Positions 39,059 through 51,882 of a DNA stretch of 64,000 nt are shown piece after piece. Both the position numbers and the translations under genes were made by a program. The notes beneath the pieces were generated by a model. It was not told the origin of the DNA. It made no database searches and saw only the letters and a list, made by a program, of their open reading frames with translations. Within the stretch, counting starts at the first letter, position 1, and every line of letters begins with the position of its first letter. This DNA is from Ramazzottius varieornatus (Eukaryota; Animalia; Tardigrada): NCBI GenBank assembly GCA_001949185.1, contig BDGG01000003.1, positions 1,400,725-1,464,724 of the forward strand, given 5' to 3'.

Positions 39059-42000
39059 TAGGGATGTTATTTATCCATCCACAACAGAATTACCCGGATA
39101 TATCCGGATAAAACCTGGGTTGGATAAGGGTTCTATCCATCCAGCTCCTAATCGGATAACCTCTCATCCATCCGGATATGATCCGGATAACATCTCTATC
39201 CATCCAAGGTCTATCCGGATAAACCTACCTGAATCAGCCCAGCTCGCTAACGTTACGTGGCAGTCTGAAAAAATCGTAACGATGCGCAATCTCTCTACTG
39301 TTCCAAGCCTACCGGAAGTCAGCTCATTGACCGTTCTTTCTCGTTACACTCTTCCGTTCTTGCTTTGATCAATGTCTGTGTTACCGAACTGCTCCATCTC
39401 CTTCATCACTAGTTGACGGGCTGTAGCCCGTAGTTCTGCGATCACGGTTTATAGGCTTGGAATCGGCCAGGGAATAACAACGATGACGACGGCCCGCACG
39501 ACGATCTTGAGGACGAAGTTGCGGAATTTGAGGCTCAACTCCGGTGTCCGACTACACCTGTGAGCGCCGATGACAGCCTTTACGAAGAAAGCAATACAGC
39601 GGGTACGTCGGAACCACCAAAGAAGAAGGGTAGGGGGGCTTATTCGGACATGAACGAGCGCTTTTCAAAGTCTACGGAAAAAGATGGGAAAATCACGGCC
39701 ACGTGCAACCACTGTTCCACCACCTGAAAGAACGTGCATGGAACGTCTAACTGACACTACCATATGAAGAATGAGCATCCGTCGAAGCTGAATGATGCCG
39801 TCAAGAGCAAGCCAAGTCCCGAAGCGTTTCGTGCAAAGCAGAAGGGTGAGCCGCAGATCATGTCGAAAAAGCAAACCACGCGTCATACTAACAACCTCAC
39901 GCAATGGATCATCTGTACTGCAAAACCCATCGGCACTGTCGATGAACCACAGTTCGCTAAGATGATCAACGGTCTCCATCCCAGTTACAAGGTACCGCTT
40001 CGTGCTTATCATGAGATAAGCAGGATAGGTTATAACCTGTGAAGAGTGCATCCTACTGTACGGTCGAACTGTTTCTTGAACTGTGACTATTTCCAGGTCC
40101 CTTGTCGACAAACTATTCGAAATCTTATCCTTAATGGATGCAAGATGAAGAAGATTCAGATCATCGAAGAACTGACAGCGGTGACCAGTCGTATCTCTCT
40201 CAATACCGATATGCAGAAAGCTCGTGCGAGAAAATAGTCGTACCTTGCCATCACCTTACACTGAATAGACAACGAGTGAAAACTTAGAAACGTCATTCTC
40301 GACTTCCGCTATATACCAAAGAACCATTCCGGCTAAAACATGAAAAACGCGGTTATGAAAATTCTTCGAGAGTTTAAAGTCGCCCACAGAATCTTCGGAG
40401 TGACTACAGACGGAACACTCAACATGGTCAAGTTCTTCGAGCTGCTGGTCACGGAGATGGAGGTTGAAAAGCGTAGTTTCTCCCGGACGACAGTTTTCAC
40501 CCGAAGGTAAGTTGCCCGTTCTAAAAGCGAAGTTCCAGAGCCGCCACGAGATGTATCTCGTCAGTTCTCATGAGAATATTGTGATCGAGTGTTTTGAATA
40601 AACTACTTTGATTTCTTACTTGTTTCTTTCTTTTCAGCAAACACGTTCTGGAACTAGCTTGGGGCGCCTATCGTGAATAAAGTTACGGAAGATGCGACCA
40701 AGGAGAAGGTGGTGACAGTGGACAGGATACGAGCTTGTGTGATATATGTGCGTCGGCCCACGATCCGTGAGAGCTCTCTTGCCACTATCAAGCCCGCAAC
40801 CGAAGATCTTAAGCTACCACTAGACGTCCCGACCCGGTGGAATAGCTTGCTGCACATGGTCAAAAGCGCATACGCTCGACGCCATGAACTTCACGACTAC
40901 TTGTCTGCCCAGAAAGGTGCCATCAAGGATGAAGTTCCGTCCGGGGAAGAGTGGATCGACATGGAGGATCTTATCGAACTCCTGAAGCCTCTGGAGGCTG
41001 TCTCCGTAGACTGTTCGGCTTTCAAGTCCTCCACTTTCCACCTGGCTTCTGCCGAACTCGAGTTTCTTCGAGCCCATTTTAAAGTCTTTGAAGAAGACCT
41101 TACTAAGGTAAATACCAATTACGTTTACTCGAACGAAATATTTTGATTATTCCTTTATCTCGGCGTACGGTCTATAAACCGTGATTTTTCCCTAGGCGCT
41201 CTGGATCCGCGAGTTGGCTAAAGACATGTTGGTTAAACTGGATGAATGTCTGAGACTGTCCTGTAAGAAACCTAGTGTGGGAATACAAGTTCCCATGATA
41301 GCCCGACTGTTAGATCCGAGCATCAAAGACGCCTACCTGCCCTCAGTAGAGAGTCGTTCCGCCGCCGGCACCATGTTGAAGCACATTGTCCAGCTATACA
41401 AAGTCGTTTCGAGGCAAGTGCCGTTTTCTATGATGTTGCTGTAGCTATGAGCGTACGAACTATAGCTCGGGCTGTTTGTAAGTTGTTTTTAATACAGCCA
41501 AAGAGGAAGTCCCGACATTGCCGAGAAGTCTACTGCTCCACCTCCGAATACGCAGCTGTCCACCAGCGAACGGACGATAGCGCAAGTCACTTCGGCAGCA
41601 GACTCCCAGCTTAGCGAAGTTGACCAATTCTTCCTGGATCCAAAGGAATAAGTGGAAAGAGAATTTTGTTGCATGTCGCTATCCGACATTGTACCGCATT
41701 GCGAAGGATGTTCTGGCTGCAGAGGTTTATTCTGTGCCTTCTGAGAGTACATTCTCTGTTGGTGGTCGATACGTTAGTCCTTCGTAACCGCCTAGAACCT
41801 GAGGCCTTTCAAGCCATGTTATGTCTGAACTCTTGGACGGTGGTTTTCGAAGCTATGGTAGCAATGAAGACAGACGATGAATAAATACGCTACACAGTTT
41901 GGTAGTTCGGTTTGGCTCTAGTGATTGAACATATGATTTGTATCTAATTTGTTTAACCGGGTAATATTCGGATAAAAGTTTTATCCAAGAAGCTGGATAC

Positions 42001-42097
42001 GGAAAGACCTTTTATCCATCTAAATGGTATCCGGATAAGTTCTTATCCATCCGCTTATCTATCCATTTAACCGTTTATCCATCCATCGACAACCCTA
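39059..42097 (+). mobile_element. Near full-length hAT (Ac-like) transposon F with a decayed transposase
   Basis: Termini tagggatgt / acaacccta; TSD gctgcagg / gctggaga (6 of 8); ATCCGGAT and TATCCATCC subterminal repeats; BED finger (TCNHC...HMKNEH), ISLNTD, GVTTDG, DVPTRWNS, LLDP and RNRLEPE..AMLCLNSW; multiple stops and frameshifts. Confidence 0.92.
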
Positions 42098-42142
42098 GCT
42101 GGAGAGCTCTACTCTACTGCAAACAGACAAGATACTTGGAAA

Positions 42143-42316
42143 TTGCGGAAACTCGTCAGGGACGACTGATCAGGATCAGGATCAGGATCAGGAAGTTCAT
42201 TCGAAAAAAACCAACAACATTGGCACAGCATCAATGAATCACTTGCCGATGTTGTATTTTTGAATGGATTTCCTGATCCTGATCCTAACGCCTCGTGCCG
42301 GACAGGTTTCCGCAAT
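42143..42316. repeat. Foldback element G
   Basis: attgcggaaac...tcaggatcaggaa...acaacattggca / tgccgatgttgt...ttcctgatcctga...gtttccgcaat. Confidence 0.7.
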
Positions 42317-42332
42317 AGTGAAATTGCGGAAC

Positions 42333-42820
42333 TAGTGCTGGGATAAATATGATATATCGTATCTTATCGAAATGTATCACATCACAGTGATTCGATAGGA
42401 CAAAAATCCGGAAGGCAATACTCCGGTTCGGTACCGCGCAGGAAGCGCAGCCTCGCCCGTAATGTATCGTGCACATGCATCCAAGTTGACTTCGGAGAAA
42501 TGAACAGCCAGCGTACCTGGGTGCGTAACGACAGACCGGGATAGATTGAGCAACGAACACACTTGCGTACACGAAGACAGTCAACTTTTGTTCTGACTCA
42601 AACGAAGTGAACGACAGCCGTTTGGGTTTTTTGGCTCTTTCTTGATTTCGATAGTTTTCAACATGGTACCGGCTTGATATATCGATATATATCACTACAA
42701 TAAAATTCGATATATCAACAATGAAATAGCAGAATCGTATCATATCGAAATATCGATACGTGGTTCATATCTAAACCGAAGTGAAAAATCGAAAGATATA
42801 TATCAGAAAATATCGCACTA
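42333..42820. mobile_element. hAT MITE H, related to element E
   Basis: Termini tagtgc / gcacta; perfect TSD tgcggaac; ATATCGAT repeats. Confidence 0.85.
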
Positions 42821-43653
42821 TGCGGAACTATTTGGAACAGAGCCTATCAGGGTTCCTCGCAGGGTTGGAGTTACGCCCACAAACAGGCTTCCCTGATAGC
42901 TTCAAATCAGGCTGCGCTGAATCGCAAATTGTTTGTTATATCTTTTTCTTGCCGACGTTTCCGATTGCTACGACTTCTTTCTTTCCGCACAGAGCTTCCT
43001 CACGCGGAGAAGCCTTGATCTGGACGTCTCTTATCTGTCCTGCTGAAAGACAGGAAGCAAAGGAAGGAGGCTTGATGTCTGTTTCGGACGGATCTGTCGA
43101 GGTAACCACGTCGAGCGCTTGCACCAACAATTCTGGCCAATCAAACATTACCCTAATCAACTCCAAGGCCTCGGTTCATGTTCATTAATCAAAAGGTGGT
43201 TTCCTATCTTGTTCAATCAACCGACACCATGCGCATGCTTCCATTTCGAAAATCGAAATCACTTCCGTACACGTACGGTCCTCTTCGAACTTCTTTTCGG
43301 TCGTGTTGCCGTTTCTTTGAACTTGACAGTTCACAATTTGACACCCTCGTTACATAACCCATTTACCGCGCGGCACGACCACTTCGGGAGCTTCTTCTAC
43401 TCGTCAACCTTGGGCTGGAAAAAGTGCATCCAGGACGATTACGTTACTCCACTGGATTTCAGTGTGACCGTGGCGTATCGATCGAGGTAAGTCTTCCTAA
43501 CACATCTCTCTTCCGCTTGTCTTGGCAATCATGAAGCCTTTTAAGAAATCACGTACTCATTATATATTGGTTTGATCTGTAGAGAGCACGGAGCTTTGCT
43601 ACGCGGAACCCGGAATCGTACTTCGAAGTCTGTGGATGGTCTTCGGATAGACA

Positions 43654-45362
<1,709 letters not shown>

Positions 45363-46199
45363 TAGATTTACCTGTGCTCAGCTTGCTCGTAGTTCTTTTT
45401 TCCAGTTGAGAATAGCGGCAGATGTTTTGTTGCATAGTCGCATTGTTGACAGCGGCTCTTTGTTTTTGTCGCTCATGGATAGACAATTGTAGGGTTTATG
45501 TCTGGTTGAACTTCTGCTTTGAAAAGATTCCCGCGATGGACACGTTGATTTCTTTTCAAGAAGCATTTCTATTTTAGAGTTTGAAAGGCTTTTCTTGTCT
45601 TGAAAGTGTATTGCACCCGGCTGCTAAGCCGAAGATCACAACAGATCGACCAAAGGGGCACTGGGCAAAGCTTTTCAGGAAGGACTAAGGTGTGTCCAAT
45701 GACGTCATATGGAGCGCACATTGAGATGAAAAAGCAACTAGTTATAATCAATCACTAAGGTTGGGATCACAACAGGGAGGGGAGCACTCTCGTACAGAGA
45801 AATTTCTGAGCCGCTGCCCAGATCCCTTCCTAGAGAAAATCTTGAGAGATCTTCCGACTTCGGGAATCGTTTTGCATGTTTTGATTGACAGGATTTGCTC
45901 TTGGTCATCCTGCCATCGGGGATATTTTTCTTGATTGTCCGCACGCTACAGACCATCCCGCCCACCGTGGACTTTGGACTCTGACGTCAGTCAACCTGTT
46001 TTGAAAGTTTTGTCCCATACTTCCGCGTTTTACATCGGGTACCACAGCAAGCGCCCAAGCCGTCCGCAGTCTTTACAGGAAAAGTTCTACGTTGTAATGA
46101 GGGTTCGGCTAATTTATGGTAATGGGGGATAATTATTTTCTTTGAATCTACAAAGTACTACGGGCGTGGGACGAATTTCGTAATCAAGCGGGACACGGT

Positions 46200-48027
46200 A
46201 AAGACATTAAAACGGAAGCAAAGCTAGGTCATTGTCATCGTCAAGATCTTGATCCAGGGGCTCTAGGTCTCCGCCCTCTTCAGCAACGTCCTCATCGGCT
46301 TGCTCGTCACCAACTGCCTCAATGCGGTCTTCCTTTGTGTCGATATCCCAGTAGTCATCCTCAAGCTTGATGCAATAGGCGAGAGCTTGGGGAAGTCTTC
46401 TGGCTTGAAGATATCAGCAGATTCTTCCCACAGCTAGATCAGGTCAGGCAGCCTTCTGGTGGTGTTTTGCTTGGCGAAATACCTTTTGCGGCGGGCCCAG
46501 CATTTTTCAATCGGGTTGAAGTCACTGTGGTAGGGCGGCAGACGAACTGTCTCGGTGCCTTCTTCGGTCTTCAAATAGTCATCCATGTAGTATCTGTCGC
46601 CCACGTGATTTTTCAGAAAGTCCGTCACCCTGTGCCACAGCTCGGCCACCAGTTCCTGCGCATCGAACTCGATCCTATGGTCAGTCAGCCACTGCTGGAT
46701 TTCTTTCTTCACTCTCTTGGGTCTTCTGAACTATGGCATCAAGCAGGAATGATAACTTGCGTTATCCAGCACGATCACAACCGTGTCATATCCGTGAAGC
46801 CGAGCAAATTCTTTCAAACGGGGAACCACCACCTCCTTCATGAACCTAAAACCATAACAGCCAAAATTTATCATGACGTCATCGAAAACTTGAAGCATTG
46901 GCATTCCGTCACGGTAAGGGTTTCATCAGAAATCCTTTCGCAATCAGAAAGACCCAGTTGACATCTTCATTTTGTCTGCTCGGACCGGAAAGATCCAACC
47001 AATGGTTTGCGAAATATACTCAAAAAACTCAATTTTGACCCACTGTCTTTTCCTTTTCTCAAAATCAAGCCACTTGATTGACCTGGTGCAATGAGCAAAT
47101 CTCTTCCGAATGAAAAGACCATCAAAAAAGATCATACAATATTTTAACTGATTGATTTGACAGACTGGCTTACTTCTCGTAGTTTTGGTAGTTGAAATTC
47201 CCGTGGCAGCCCTCAGTGTGCTTCGAGGCTTCCCAGATAAGTCCACATCCGGGAACGAATCCCCTATCCGTCACCACGTCGAAAATGACCAGACGCTTTC
47301 CCGATCCACTTGGATGCGACTGTCCTCAGTCCTTGCACAGAATTTCGGCTGTGCCGGTGGATTTTTCTTTGTCGAGTTCGATCCAACTCTTGCGAAACTG
47401 GTAGTTCTCGTTTAACCAAGTCTCATCCAGGCAGGCAATCAGGGCATTCTTCTGTCGAAACTGACGAACCGCTCGGATGTAACGGATACGCCTGACTTTG
47501 AGGCTTGGGGCCAAACAGGTGTTTAGTGGACCCATCCCGATATCGGAAGCCCATTCGACGTAACACATGATACATCGTGGATTTCGACACCTTAACACCG
47601 ACTTCCTCCTCCACCAATGGCAGTAGAGATTCCACCGTGATGTGTATCTTACTCTTGTACTCCCGGTGAATGATCGCACGAATTTTCCCGTATTCCGACT
47701 CCTTAACAAGTGCCGACCGACGCCCGCGACGCCCTCCATTTCTTCCGCCTCGACAACCGGGTCCAAGGTTTCATTTACGTGATCTTCCGGAACGGTGCTG
47801 CTCTCGACTGCAGTTCCGCTCGGTGGACCAGTTATCAAGTCCCAGTTCGTAGTGATGTTCTGGATGGTGCGTGGACTTCGCTGGCACAGATGCGCGATTG
47901 CCTTACGGCGACCTGCCAGAGTGGTCAGAGTATATTTATTCGACCCAAAAAACGACTGACCCAGCACTTTCCATAAATGAGCAATATGCCTCACATCCAC
48001 GCGATACAGAGAAGAACTGGAAGACAT
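46200..48027 (-). pseudogene. IS630-Tc1-mariner transposase remnant, DD85E (Sailor-like)
   Basis: HTH-like KSTMYHVLRRMGFRY, LDETWLN, VIVLDNASYH and RLPPYHSDFNPIEKCW; an in-frame stop and frameshifts; element ends not resolved. Confidence 0.85.
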
Positions 48028-48291
48028 CTCTCAGCTTCCTGTTAGTTTTGTCAGACTACGGTATACGCTATTGTAGAATACTGTGATGCATTTGAAAACT
48101 GAGGAGACGGTTTTCGCTTGTGTTTGATGGAAGCTCTTATCTCTCCAGTTTTCTCCTGGCTGACTCTTCATACTCCAGCTGTGATAGGAGAAGACAACAA
48201 AGAAGTTGTCTCGACTCTATCGTTTTCCAACGTGCAGCATGAAGGTCAGATGCCAGGAGGCCGATAAGAATATCGTCTGTGCCGGTACCTT

Positions 48292-49030
48292 TTATGGGAC
48301 AGTAAAAAGTATGGGACAGGCGGAAAGGACAGCAAATTTACATCCTGAATGTGAGCCAGCAATGAAGATCGAACCTATGACGCAACGCAGTGAAATTTAA
48401 CCGTAGAAGTCAGCCGATCAGCTGTTTGACTTTCGTGCATCGAGGCTATGGATTGTTTATTTACTTTCTTCCAGAGACGCTCTCGGATTCATATCGCTTC
48501 CGTAATCCATGTCGTTTCTTTTTCCATAACGACTCAGCCCTTCAACACCAAGGGACCTCGACGGTACACCGAAAAAGCCTTCAGGGACGAGCTTTCTGCA
48601 CAAAAATCTTTATTTGAATACAATAATCTGTACTCAAAAAATGAGGAAGCAGCGATACAAAATTGACATAAACGCTACACGGATTTTCCCTTTTTGACAT
48701 GTAAAACATAAAAGACTTCATCAAGACCCTTCGTATCTTTAACAGTAGTCAGAACAGAATAACAATTACCACGTTGAATATCTATGGACACTCGCTGCTT
48801 AAAAAACTTTCTGCTATACATTCTGCTATACAGCGTGTACGTACAGCAAAGCAGCCTTCAGTGTTGCTTTTTACTTCTAGTAAGAATCACCTGCCCGTGC
48901 CGCTGTAGCGAAAAGACCCGTCCCATACTTTTTACTGTCCCATACTTACCCATCGTGCGTGTACACCGTACACGCAAGACGAGAAATTATGGCACAGTAA
49001 TATTATGGGACAGGCGGAAAGGACGGCGAA
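48292..49030. repeat. Inverted and direct repeat cluster (TATGGGACA motif)
   Basis: tatgggacagtaaaaagtatgggac at about 48292 is the reverse complement of about 48920-48944; tatgggacaggcggaaaggac recurs directly at about 48310 and 49004. Confidence 0.7.
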
Positions 49031-49555
49031 ATGCAAATTCGACCGTAGAGAAGTGTCGAAAAATGTATTACTGCGGATCGGTCGCGTACCTACGTGCTCC
49101 CGTACCGCCGTAGCCGAAAGGCCTGTACCACAATTTCTCGTCCTGCGTATGCTGTTTTTCTCTCGATGGCTGCTCCATAGTGCTCAAACATCAGCGACTA
49201 TTTTAATTTGAATTTTCGCCTGTTTATTTTCTGCTTCCGTCTGGATTTTGGACTTTGCCGTCTTTGCAGCTCCTGATTGTTTATTTCTGTTTGTACTAGT
49301 CCTTTCAGGATCTGTAAGCTGGTCTTCAGAGTTGTGGTAAGCAATGTGCTGGTCGGTCAGAGCTTCGGGCAGAGCGGCACTCCGTGTTCAGTCTTGTCGT
49401 TATTCTTCGCAGCTATCGAGTCATGAAATTGAGAATTTTGTCTTGTGCCGTCTGATTCGTGGAATTCTATTGCAGACATTAATCGAAGGGCACTAACCCG
49501 ACATCAGCAGCCGAGTAACAAACGGGAATACACACTTTCTTTCCCTTAGAGGAAG

Positions 49556-51397
49556 ATGGACACGTCCACGTGGCGGAGGACCGATGTGCGACTTGCTTGT
49601 GTCTTTCTCCTGTCGTACCTTGCAGCTGGATTCTTCTTGCAAGTGGAGGTACGTTTGAGTATGGCTTTGCAAAAACGCGCGTGTTGTTGTTGGATCGGAC
49701 ATAGCCTTTGGGGACGGAAACGACAGCGATGTGATTCCTACAGATAATGTTCGGCACGGCCTTGATCATGCATGTTTAAGAGTGTGGCTCAGCCTTGTTA
49801 TACCGGAAGTGCTTGCTGTTTTCATCGTGTCTCTGTTGCAGGGCGTTGCCTCATTAGCAGAGCGCATTACCAAGCTCACCGAACTCTCCAACCAACGGTC
49901 GATCATCAAGCTCAACAATGAACGCTACCGAGAGCTGGTCAAAGCAGCGCCCAGGAATTATTCCATAATCTTGATGCTAACCGCCCTCAACCCGAACCGG
50001 GGATGTCAAGTCTGCCAGTAAGAATCGTCGCCTTATCTGCTCAATTTCAGCGGCCGATATCTGTCTAACACTCTTGGAGGTTCAGTCTCAAGTTTTTTCT
50101 CTTTTCAGAGCAGCTCATGAGGAGTATCAAGTGGTGGCTGACTCGTGGAGGATAACCGGCGGAAATGACAAGGTCTTCTTCACCATGGTTGACTACGACG
50201 AAGGCCACGACGTTTTCAATAGCGTAAGACGCCTCTCCGTCACTCTTAGTTACCTGTTTGATTATTTTTGGACTATTTTTGAGGTGTATATTTCCTCTTT
50301 ATAGTTAAAAGCGAATACCGCTCCAGTTTTCATGCACATTCCGCCCGCTGGCAAACCCAAAGACGCCGACACACTCAACATTCAAGCGTAGGTTCTCGGT
50401 TCTTTCTCAGCGGACAGCCCATGCTGTCATGTTCGAAGAAGTTTGTCCCAGATGGAAGGTCACTGTTCAACGTTTCTCTTGACCGTTAGGGTTGGATACG
50501 AAGCGGAAGTGATCGCCAAATGGGTACAAGAACGGACCGGAAATATGGTACGGTCAAATGAGCCCAGACGCTTGGTTACGGTTTTTGCGGACTGAAGTTT
50601 CTCTGTGGTACGGTCTTCTCTACACCACGTTATCATCTAAGGTTTGCTGTTTTTACTAGATTCGGGTTGTAAGGAAGCCGAACTACGGAGGAGTCATCGC
50701 CTTCAGCTTATTGATGGTACTGGTCGCTGGGTTTCTTTACTTACGACGTAATAGTCTGGAGTTCCTGTACAACCGAAATGTCTACGCTTGGATCCTTGTC
50801 GTAAGTCATGTTATTTATTCCATCTGGGCCTTTATATGGAGTGTTACTGGGCAGTTCGAAATCATTCGGTTCGTTGTCTTGTTGTTTGCAGGCTGTTATT
50901 TTGTTCATGACTTCCGGCCAGATGTGGAATCATATTCGCGGTCCGCCGTTCATGCAGCGCAACCCGCAGTCGAAACAATGGGTTCGTCCTCGTACATCCT
51001 CATTCACGTTCTTCGTTGATTCAATTAATTTTCCTTGGTTTCAGATGTACATCCATGGAAGTAGCCAAGGCCAGTACGTGGCGGAAACCTACATCGTGAT
51101 GAGCCTGAGTAAGTTTGGATACTTCCGGTCAGAGAACCTGCCTTTTCTACTATTTCCAAGTTTATGTCGGAAAAGTCTGTTGAAATTAAAACGGTCCTGG
51201 TTTTTGTAGATCTAGCCGTCGCGATTGGTTTCATCCTCCTCAACGAGGCAGCCAAATCAACGACAGAAGCGCACAAGGGTCGGAATAAAGTTATGGCGAT
51301 CGCTGGAATCGCTCTGGTTGCTATTTTCTTCAGTGCTTTAAAATCTATTTTCAGAGCGAAGTACCAAGGCTATCCTTACAGCTTTTTGTTTAAATGA
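49556..51397 (+). CDS. Oligosaccharyltransferase subunit MAGT1/TUSC3 (OST3/6); multi-exon
   Basis: Signal peptide, PRNYSII, the CQVC thioredoxin motif, [27 protein letters not shown] and [11 protein letters not shown]. Confidence 0.95.
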
Positions 51398-51882
51398 ACG
51401 ACGGATTCTTGGTTTTGTTTACACCACCTATTTATTTTTCATTGTGCACGGCCTGTCTTTCTTTGCCTTCTACAAAAACTCGTCTTGCTTTTACTGCAGT
51501 TGAGTCTGCACAGCTGAGTCCGAAGAAATTCCAAGGATGGTTTTTGTGCAATTTTATCGTGTCAGAGAGAAACAGGAAGTAGCTGCTTCGGACAGTAGGG
51601 TAACAACCACAGGAAACTGGAACGTCAAAGGTAAAAGATAACAACACAGAGAGCAAATACGTCAGTAAGGCACTACGACTAAAATGCAGGAAGGAAAGGC
51701 TAATCCACGTACAGGTTACAAAAGTTACAAAGGCACCCCTTCGGAAAACGAAGGCAAGTTAAGTAAGGCACAGACGGATCCGTAATACCTAATAGCTGCC
51801 GAGAAGAGGAACTAAATTCCAACGTAGCTGAAGAAACTGATATCGTTCTACGAGGATATAAAAACGTGGTCAGGTTCCCTGC

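Larger units (their letters stand above)
38108..42111. mobile_element. hAT MITE D, host of elements E and F
   Basis: Left TIR tagagccctgca; the right TIR reconstructs to tgcagggctcta after removing E and F; TSD ctgtactg / ctctactg; TGCA-rich subterminal repeats. Confidence 0.75.
35661..42116. mobile_element. hAT-type element A, outermost host of the nest
   Basis: Left TIR tagagactggaaaa at 35661; right TIR ttttccagactgta at 38091-38104, with its terminal ctcta duplicated at 42112-42116 by insertion D; TSD ctgtaaac (35653-35660) / ctgcaaac (42117-42124). Confidence 0.7.

Noticed and set aside
42936-43166. 76-aa minus-strand ORF between the transposon stack and PCYT2
   Set aside because: Non-ATG start and no motif; probably promoter or UTR sequence.
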